Below, one piece after another: positions 1 through 6,059 of a stretch of DNA of 12,280 nucleotides (within the stretch, counting starts at the first letter, position 1; every line of letters begins with the position of its first letter). The translations under genes and the position numbers were made by a program. This DNA comes from Candidatus Zixiibacteriota bacterium (lineage in GTDB: Bacteria; Zixibacteria; MSB-5A5; GN15; FEB-12), in assembly GCA_041742355.1 (NCBI GenBank), contig JBGSIV010000297.1, positions 1-12,280 of the forward strand, read 5' to 3'. Below the pieces are notes generated by a model. It was not told the DNA's origin and searched no databases. It worked only from the letters and a program-made list of their open reading frames with translations.

Positions 1-244
1 CGGCGGCCACCGTCGTGGCGGCCACAAGAAGCACCGCCGCAAGGGCGCTTCGCATCAGGTTGTTTGCTCGGGGCTGCATCTTCTGCCAACTTATACGCCC
101 GAATCCATACCTGCCAGAGAAAAAAAGCACCGCGGGGGCCGACGGGAGCGCCGGTGCTGCTGTTGAAACTTGCGCCCGGGACTCAAATCCGCCAAGTTCG
201 GGGCTTAAAAAGGAGTGTCCCGACAGCCGGGTGAAGAACCGCCG

Positions 245-1744
245 ATGATGCAGGTACGCCGTCAACTGGTCCGCAATGTCTTCTCCTCGTGGTTCGCCTA
301 CCTGGTGCGGATTGCGATCACCTTTCTGTTTGTCCCCTATATCACGACCGTCCTCGGCGACGCTCGCTACGGCGTGTGGGTGATTATCTTCCAGACCATC
401 TTCTACTTCTCGCTGCTCGATGCCGGGCTGACCTCGGCATTGACACGTTACATCTCGAAATTCCTCGCCACCCGCGAATTCGATAAAATCAACCGGGTCC
501 TCAACACCGCCAACATCCTCTACTTCATCGTCGGCGCCCTCGTGATGCTCGGCATCTGGGGATTCGTGACGTTCGCCTTCAGCTACTTCCAGATCTCCGA
601 TCCTGAGGTGGTGGCCGAGGGGAAACTGGCCCTGCTGATTCTGGGCGCCTTCATGGCCTTCAATTTCGCCGCGCTCCCGTTCGGCAATTCCCTGAGCGCC
701 TTCCACCGGTACGACGTCCTGAACATGCTCGCGATCGGCGAAGAGATCGTCCGCACCCTGCTCATGGTGTACATGCTCAGCCAGGGGCGCGGCCTGGTGG
801 CGCTGGCGCTGGTGATTCTGATGCTGACCGTGGTTCGCCACCTCCTCGGCGCCGGCCTGCTGCTGAAGTTGTACCCGGAGGTCAATATCGGGCGGGAGTA
901 CGCCGACAAACCCACGGCCCGGATGCTGTTCGGCTACTCGAAGATCTCGTTCGGGATCTCGGTCTGCTGGCTGGTCCTGTTCAACACCGATGAGCTGCTG
1001 CTCGGCGTCATCAGCTCGGCGGGCGCGGCCGGCGTGTACCACCCCGGCGCCCAGCTCGTGCGCTATCTGCGCAACCTGATCAACGCGGCCGCCCTCCCCC
1101 TCATCCCCGCGATCAGCCACAAAGAAACACAGGGAGACCTCCAGCCCGTCCGCGAACTCTACCTCAAGGCGGTGCGCTATGTCTCGTACCTGTCGTTTGC
1201 GATCGGCGCAGGCGTCGTTATCTACGCCGAGAGCTTCGTGATGCTCTGGCTGCCACCCGAGTTCCTCGAGGCGGGGCGGGTTATGCAGATCCTGGCGGTC
1301 GGCACCACCATCCTGCTGCCGCAGATTATCGGGCACTCGATCCTCTTCGGCATCGAGCAGCACGGCAAACTGCTCATCGTGCTGGTGATCGAATCGATCC
1401 TGAAACTGGGCCTGTCAATCTACCTGATCCCGCGCTACGGCCTTTCGGGGATGGCGATCGCCGTCTCCGCCCCGCAGGTCATCCTCTTCTCCACCCTGTT
1501 CCCCTTCCTCGTCTCGCGCGCGCTCGGCCTGTCGTACTTCCGCGTGATCGGAACCACGCTGCTCTCCGGGCTGGTCGGCCTGGCCATCGCCCTCCCCCTG
1601 GCCTGGAGCGCCAACTGGGCGATCGTCCCCGACACCTGGGTCAATTTCTTCGTGGGCATCGGCATGGTCATGCTGGCGGTGCTGGGCGGGGCCTGGCTGG
1701 TCGCGCTGCCGGAGGATCGGGCCAAAGTGCGCGAGTGGTTCTAA
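245..1744 (+). CDS. Oligosaccharide/polysaccharide flippase family protein (Wzx/RfbX-like, MOP superfamily)
   Basis: About 500-aa polytopic membrane protein. It has the family-typical N-terminus (LVRNVFSSWFAYLVRIAITFLFVPYITTVLGDARYGVW, DAGLTSALTRYISK) and mid-protein motif (TDELLLGVISSAGAAGVYHPG). Start is ambiguous: ATG 245/248 preferred over GTG 215. Stop TAA at 1742-1744. Confidence 0.9.
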   Translation: MMQVRRQLVRNVFSSWFAYLVRIAITFLFVPYITTVLGDARYGVWVIIFQTIFYFSLLDAGLTSALTRYISKFLATREFDKINRVLNTANILYFIVGALVMLGIWGFVTFAFSYFQISDPEVVAEGKLALLILGAFMAFNFAALPFGNSLSAFHRYDVLNMLAIGEEIVRTLLMVYMLSQGRGLVALALVILMLTVVRHLLGAGLLLKLYPEVNIGREYADKPTARMLFGYSKISFGISVCWLVLFNTDELLLGVISSAGAAGVYHPGAQLVRYLRNLINAAALPLIPAISHKETQGDLQPVRELYLKAVRYVSYLSFAIGAGVVIYAESFVMLWLPPEFLEAGRVMQILAVGTTILLPQIIGHSILFGIEQHGKLLIVLVIESILKLGLSIYLIPRYGLSGMAIAVSAPQVILFSTLFPFLVSRALGLSYFRVIGTTLLSGLVGLAIALPLAWSANWAIVPDTWVNFFVGIGMVMLAVLGGAWLVALPEDRAKVREWF

Positions 1745-1782
1745 CGCACCGTTCCCAGCCCTGTCAGGTCACAAGCAAGAGA

Positions 1783-1808
1783 GCAGGATCCGACCCCTCG
1801 AATCCTGC
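1783..1808. repeat. Inverted repeat between convergent genes (REP-like hairpin or terminator)
   Basis: GCAGGATCCGA-CCCC-TCGAATCCTGC: 11-bp stem with one mismatch (G-U on the minus strand). On the minus strand it is followed by the pyrimidine-rich TCTCTTGCTT. Confidence 0.6.
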
Positions 1809-1862
1809 CGTGCTTCTGTCCGCCCCTCAGCCGCAAGACCTACGTCCGCTGGCGCTCACCTA

Positions 1863-2105
1863 TCACGACGGATTCGGCGGGGGCGTCTGCGGTGTCACCC
1901 GCACCGGCGACGGTTGCCTTTGGCGAAGGCCGTTCAGCGCGGTCAAGAGCGAAAACGCCCGGCTGTAACCGAACGCCCCCGCGAACCGTCGGGCGATTTC
2001 CGCCATCACCGCCATCGTGCCAAAGTACCGGCGCACCGTCATGAAAACCCAGACGCTCGCGGCAATTTTGAGCGCCCCAATCATCAGTCGCACCAGAATT
2101 CCCAT
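1863..2105 (-). CDS. Small hypothetical protein (80 aa), hydrophobic/basic N-half, Pro-rich tail
   Basis: Sub-ORF of the 1863..2357 frame starting MGILVRLMIG. A strong Shine-Dalgarno (AAGGAGG) lies 10 nt before ATG 2105. It fills the gap between the flippase and the next gene with no overlap. No recognised domain. Confidence 0.55.
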   Translation of the reverse strand: MGILVRLMIGALKIAASVWVFMTVRRYFGTMAVMAEIARRFAGAFGYSRAFSLLTALNGLRQRQPSPVRVTPQTPPPNPS

Positions 2106-2255
2106 GGAACATGTTCCTCCTTGCTCACCCCCGGCCCGCTCTGCCGTAGCCTTAAACAGGGTTAGCCCGGACTCGGTTTCGCCGCACGAATTCGAAATGC
2201 ACTCGGCGGGGTTGCGGTCCGGCGAAGTCGCCATGACGCACGCCGACAATTCCGC

Positions 2256-2284
2256 TTGCGAAGGAAACCCCCTCCCCCTACGTT
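2256..2284 (+). promoter_or_regulatory. Putative sigma70-type promoter for the 2333 gene
   Basis: TTGCGA (2256-2261), 17-nt spacer, TACGTT (2279-2284), about 50 nt upstream of the ATG. Confidence 0.4.
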
Positions 2285-2332
2285 GATGCAGAACACTCAA
2301 CCTGCCGTGAAACGGCTGACAGAGGTGGGAAT

Positions 2333-3304
2333 ATGCGCAGAATTCAATCAACCGCACTCATGATTGCCGGATTGGTCGTGGCGCTCTGCATTTGTTGCGA
2401 CGATAACCCGCAAGGGCCGGAATCTCCGGCGAAATGGATCCGAGAAGCATCGCCGGCCGTGAACGACCTTTACGATGTCGTTTGGAACGGTTCTGAGTTC
2501 CGGGCGGTGGGAATCTCCGGGATCATGATCTCCTCGGCCAACGGCCGGAACTGGTCGCTCGACTCCGTGAATCCAAGTTCCGATCGCAGCTTCTACGCGT
2601 TGGCCTGGTCAGAGGCTCTGTCGCTGTATGCCGTTGCGACTGCGTCAAATGTCATCTACACATCGTCCGACGGCGACTCATGGACGCCCCGATCCACCCC
2701 GTATCCGGATCACGCTTCGTTCGACGACATTGTCTGGTACGACACGATGTTCGTCGCGCGGGGTGACGGCGATGCGGTCTCCACGAATGGCCGGGATTGG
2801 TTCAATCCGGCGCCCCCCCGGGCGGCTTCGGGACCGTCGCAGAGCCTGGCGCTCTTCGGGCCGGGGATCGGTGCATCGGATACCCTGCTGGTGACCGTTG
2901 GTTACCACTATATCGCCAGTTCCGGGGACGCCATTCACTGGACGCTGCGATACGAAAACGACACGGCTCTATTCCACTGTGCCGCCTATTGGGCCGCACG
3001 CGAGATGTGGGTCGCCGCAGGTCATCTCGGCGTAGTGGCGACATCACCGGATGCGATCACCTGGACACGGGTCGATCCGGGCTACGGCATCAGCACGTTT
3101 TTCGACATCTGCCCGGTGGGAGATACCTGCTATATCGTGGGATCAGCCAACGGCCCGGGACAGATACTCTGGTCAACCGATGGGACAGCCTGGGTGAGCA
3201 CGGTGATGGATTCGGTGAGCTGGCTGACCTCGATGGCGTATTCGAACGACCGTTTGGTGATAGTCGGCTATGAAGGTGAAGTTCTGTCGCGCCGCAGAGA
3301 TTGA
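2333..3304 (+). CDS. Secreted/lipoprotein with Asp-box (BNR)-like repeats, probable beta-propeller (Ycf48/WD40/YVTN-like)
   Basis: Signal peptide ends in ALCICC-DDNP (lipobox-like). There are six S-x-D/N-G/A-x-x-W repeats (SANGRNW, SSDGDSW, STNGRDW, SGDAIHW, SPDAITW, STDGTAW), with LYDVVWNG / FYALAWS type blade starts. RBS GAGGTG. Confidence 0.8.
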   Translation: MRRIQSTALMIAGLVVALCICCDDNPQGPESPAKWIREASPAVNDLYDVVWNGSEFRAVGISGIMISSANGRNWSLDSVNPSSDRSFYALAWSEALSLYAVATASNVIYTSSDGDSWTPRSTPYPDHASFDDIVWYDTMFVARGDGDAVSTNGRDWFNPAPPRAASGPSQSLALFGPGIGASDTLLVTVGYHYIASSGDAIHWTLRYENDTALFHCAAYWAAREMWVAAGHLGVVATSPDAITWTRVDPGYGISTFFDICPVGDTCYIVGSANGPGQILWSTDGTAWVSTVMDSVSWLTSMAYSNDRLVIVGYEGEVLSRRRD

Positions 3305-3352
3305 CTTGCACCAGATTACCCGGAAGGGAAAGCGCGCCCGGCGACTCAAATG

Positions 3353-3385
3353 AAAACGCCGTCGGTTCACACCGGCGGCGTTTCT
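3353..3385. terminator. Bidirectional intrinsic terminator
   Basis: AAAACGCCGTCGGT-TCAC-ACCGGCGGCGTTTCT hairpin with A/T tracts on both sides, between convergent genes ending at 3304 and 3410. Confidence 0.8.
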
Positions 3386-3409
3386 CTTATTCGGATCAGC
3401 AGACTGCGA

Positions 3410-5704
3410 TCAATAGTTGTCGTGTAGATCCTCGACCATCGCCACCACCTTGTCCACCGTCGGCAGGCAGGCGGCGTCGCCGTCCATGCCGTACGCCACG
3501 CGGGCATCGATCGCGGTGAGGATCTTGATCGGGGCCTCGAGATCGAACAGCCCCTGGCCGCGGGTAATCACACCAGAGATCGTCGCCGCCATCCCGCCGT
3601 GGAAACGATCCTCGGTCACAACGCACACCTTGCCGCACTCCTTGGCAGTCTTGAGAATGGCTTCCTCGTCCATCGGCTTGACCGTGCGAAGGTCGACGAT
3701 GCGGACGTGGATCCCCTTCTCCTTGAGCAGCTCGGCCGCCTTGCGGCAGATGTGGACCGTGGTGCCGTAGGTGATGATCCCGATATCGGTGTGCTCTTCG
3801 TCGTAGACGCGGGCGACACCGAACGGAATCAGCTCGTCGATATCCGGCATCGGCGTCTCGACCGGCACGCCCTCCCAATCGCGGCGGTTGTAGACCGCCA
3901 CCGATTCGCAGAAGAGGACCGGGTCATCGCACGCCCAGGCGGTCTTGAGCAGACCGGCGGCGTCGTAGGCGTTCGACGGCACCGCGATGAGCAGCCCGGG
4001 GATGTTCGCCCACGTGCCGAGGTTTCCCTCCGAGTGCCAGAACGCGCCGGCGCCCTGCTTGTAGCCGCCGTAGGTGGTGCGGATCACCATCGGCATCATC
4101 CACTGGGCGCTGGACCGCTCGTACGTCGTGGCCACCCGCTCCTTGAGCTGCTGGTAGGCCGGCGACATGTAGTCGAGGAACTGGATCTCGGGGATCGGCC
4201 GGCGGCCCTGGTAGCAGTGGCCGAGCGCCTTGCCGAGAATCCCGGCCTCGTCGAGCGGCGTGTTGAAGCAGCGGTGGTTGCCGAACTCGCGCTGGAGGTT
4301 CTTGCTGACGAGGAACACCCCGCCCTTCCCCTTCAGCGTCGCCTGCTTCTCCACCTCTTTGATCATGTGTCCGGAGAAATCAGCCACATCCTCGCCGAAC
4401 AGCAGGACATCGTCAGTCATCGAGAACAGGTCAAACAGCGTGTAGTTGATCGCGAACCGCATGGTCATCGGGCCGATCGTTTCGGGGAGCTCCGGGGTCG
4501 CGAAGTACTTCTTCTCGTGCCATTCCTTGTACTTGGCGGCGCGGTCGACCTTCGCGGCGGCGCGGTATTTCTTCCACGTCTCCTGGGTCTTCTCCCAGGT
4601 CGAGGCGTAGACCCGCTCTTCGATGAATTCGCGGGTCTTGGGAACGAACCCCTTCACCGCCTCGCGCGACTGCTCGGAAACCTCTTTGTCGAGCTCGTCC
4701 CACAGGTCGCCGATCTCTTTCGGCGTGACGATCCCGTCGGCGATTAGCGTGTTGCAGGTCTTGAGAATGCAGTCGTTGTACGTGTGCCAGTCGAGCTCGA
4801 CCGGATCCATGTAGAACGACTGGTCATCCGACCCGGAGTGCGAACCTTCGCGCGTGACTTTGATATTGGCCAGCACCGGGCCCTTGCCCGAACGGGTGTA
4901 GGCGACCATCTCCTCCGCCGCCTTGAGCGCCTCTTTGATCTCGGTGCCGTCAACGTGGAAGATCTTCAGGCCGAACCGCTGAAACCCCTCGAACGGCGTT
5001 GTCGGGTCTCCCTCGGGAAACTGCTCCTCGACCGAGACCGAGATGGCCCAGCCGCAGTTGTAGATAGAGTAGATGTTGCGGGACTTGTCGAAAACCGAGT
5101 AGAACACGGCCCGGGCGAACTCGTTGCCCGAGGTCGAGCCCTCGCCGATGCAGCAGGTCGTGATCGCATCCTTGGGGTAGGCCCCGCCGGGAATGTACGA
5201 CTGCTTCGAAACCTCCAGCGGGCTCATGAGCGCCGAGCCGAGGCCGGAAGCCTCCAAGGCATGCGAGCCGGTCGGCGACGCCTGCGGGAGAATGGCAAAC
5301 TGCGGGTAGGACGGATGTGCCGGGATCTGCATGCCGCCGGCCTGCCCCCGCGCGTCACCGATCGCTTCGAGCATTTTCTCCCAGATCGATTGGCCGCGAT
5401 GCAGGTCAAACGCCTTGTTGCGGTAGTAGCCGACCCACGGATCATTCGGACGGAGCGATTCCGCCCAGCAGACGTCCATCAACTCCTTGCCGCCGCAACC
5501 GATGAAAAATCGGTTGTACCCCTTGCGGAGCAGCAGCTTTTCCTCGCGTTCGATTCGCCGCGCCAACAACATCGTCCGCAGCATGCGCCGCAGTTGCTCG
5601 GGGGTTTTGCCGGAATACGCTTCGAGCGGTTCGTTGTCCTTCGGCCTGGCGCCTTTCTTGGCCTGGGCATTGCGAACCTGATCAATAAGAGCCAGGACTT
5701 CCAA
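3410..5704 (-). CDS. 2-oxoacid dehydrogenase E1, fused alpha and beta subunits (2-oxoisovalerate/pyruvate dehydrogenase-like, ThDP-dependent)
   Basis: 764 aa. The alpha part has GYYRN, the ThDP motif GEG..NCGWAIS and HSGSDD. The beta part has FGEDVA, KGGVF, FNTPLDEAGILG, EIQFLDY, GAFWHSE and IVDLRTVKPMD. TTG start with RBS AGGAGG. No lipoyl domain. Confidence 0.95.
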   Translation of the reverse strand: MEVLALIDQVRNAQAKKGARPKDNEPLEAYSGKTPEQLRRMLRTMLLARRIEREEKLLLRKGYNRFFIGCGGKELMDVCWAESLRPNDPWVGYYRNKAFDLHRGQSIWEKMLEAIGDARGQAGGMQIPAHPSYPQFAILPQASPTGSHALEASGLGSALMSPLEVSKQSYIPGGAYPKDAITTCCIGEGSTSGNEFARAVFYSVFDKSRNIYSIYNCGWAISVSVEEQFPEGDPTTPFEGFQRFGLKIFHVDGTEIKEALKAAEEMVAYTRSGKGPVLANIKVTREGSHSGSDDQSFYMDPVELDWHTYNDCILKTCNTLIADGIVTPKEIGDLWDELDKEVSEQSREAVKGFVPKTREFIEERVYASTWEKTQETWKKYRAAAKVDRAAKYKEWHEKKYFATPELPETIGPMTMRFAINYTLFDLFSMTDDVLLFGEDVADFSGHMIKEVEKQATLKGKGGVFLVSKNLQREFGNHRCFNTPLDEAGILGKALGHCYQGRRPIPEIQFLDYMSPAYQQLKERVATTYERSSAQWMMPMVIRTTYGGYKQGAGAFWHSEGNLGTWANIPGLLIAVPSNAYDAAGLLKTAWACDDPVLFCESVAVYNRRDWEGVPVETPMPDIDELIPFGVARVYDEEHTDIGIITYGTTVHICRKAAELLKEKGIHVRIVDLRTVKPMDEEAILKTAKECGKVCVVTEDRFHGGMAATISGVITRGQGLFDLEAPIKILTAIDARVAYGMDGDAACLPTVDKVVAMVEDLHDNY

Positions 5705-5968
5705 GTGCTAACCTCCTGAATCCACTGTATATAATCACATTGTCTTGTTGACTACCTGGTCCGATACGCCAGTCTACAACACGATGAGCATTCAATTGCT
5801 CCCTAAAATATTCGCTTTTTCGCCAAAAGGCAAGGAATTCGGCCAGTCACAGTCCCTTTCCGGATAGCCGTCGATCCACGATGTATAGGTATCCTCCCTT
5901 TCCCAGATTGCCTCCGCCGACCGCCCGTTACCAGGCGAGGCGGCCTCGCGCATCATCCCGGCCCGGAG

Positions 5969-6000
5969 ATTATACGCCCGACTTTTCCGCTTGTGCACAA
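5969..6000 (-). promoter_or_regulatory. Putative promoter for the E1 gene (consensus -10)
   Basis: Minus strand reads TTGTGCACAAGCGGAAAAGTCGGGCG-TATAAT, with a perfect TATAAT at 5974-5969. The -35 spacing is imperfect (18-20 nt). Confidence 0.5.
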
Positions 6001-6019
6001 GCCATTTAGGTGTTATTTC
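5991..6019 (+). promoter_or_regulatory. Putative sigma70-type promoter for the S9 peptidase
   Basis: TTGTGC (5991-5996), 17 nt ending in TGT (extended -10 TGn), then TATTTC; about 40 nt before ATG 6060. Confidence 0.35.
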
Positions 6020-6059
6020 GGACCAGTATCAGGACGCTTTGAGAAAGGAAGTCTGCCTC

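Noticed and set aside
165..245. Fragments resembling a c-di-GMP-I riboswitch upstream of the flippase (GGGACTCAAATCC, GACAGCCGGG)
   Set aside because: The GNRA-capped stem and its pairing could not be built, and the spacing does not fit. An Infernal scan would settle it.
1840..2112. Alternative 90-aa minus-strand ORF sharing the AAGGAGG RBS
   Set aside because: Its ATG is only 3 nt from the SD, which is too close; the 2105 start has workable spacing.
2125..2225. Possible structured leader or riboswitch upstream of the 80-aa ORF (minus strand)
   Set aside because: Only loose resemblance (GGGCTAA...CTACGGCAG) and no convincing conserved aptamer core.
3599..5719. Long plus-strand ORFs 3599..4747 and 4784..5719 antisense to E1
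   Set aside because: Shadow ORFs expected from GC-rich codon bias; no recognisable motifs, and fully overlapped by a well-supported gene.
5725..5740. CTGTATATAATCACAT resembling an E. coli-type LexA box
   Set aside because: The right half lacks the essential CAG, the adjacent gene is not an SOS gene, and nothing indicates a lineage using this box.
5991..6059. N-terminal extension of the peptidase from TTG 5991
   Set aside because: It overlaps the putative promoter; ATG 6060 has an RBS and matches the expected family N-terminus.
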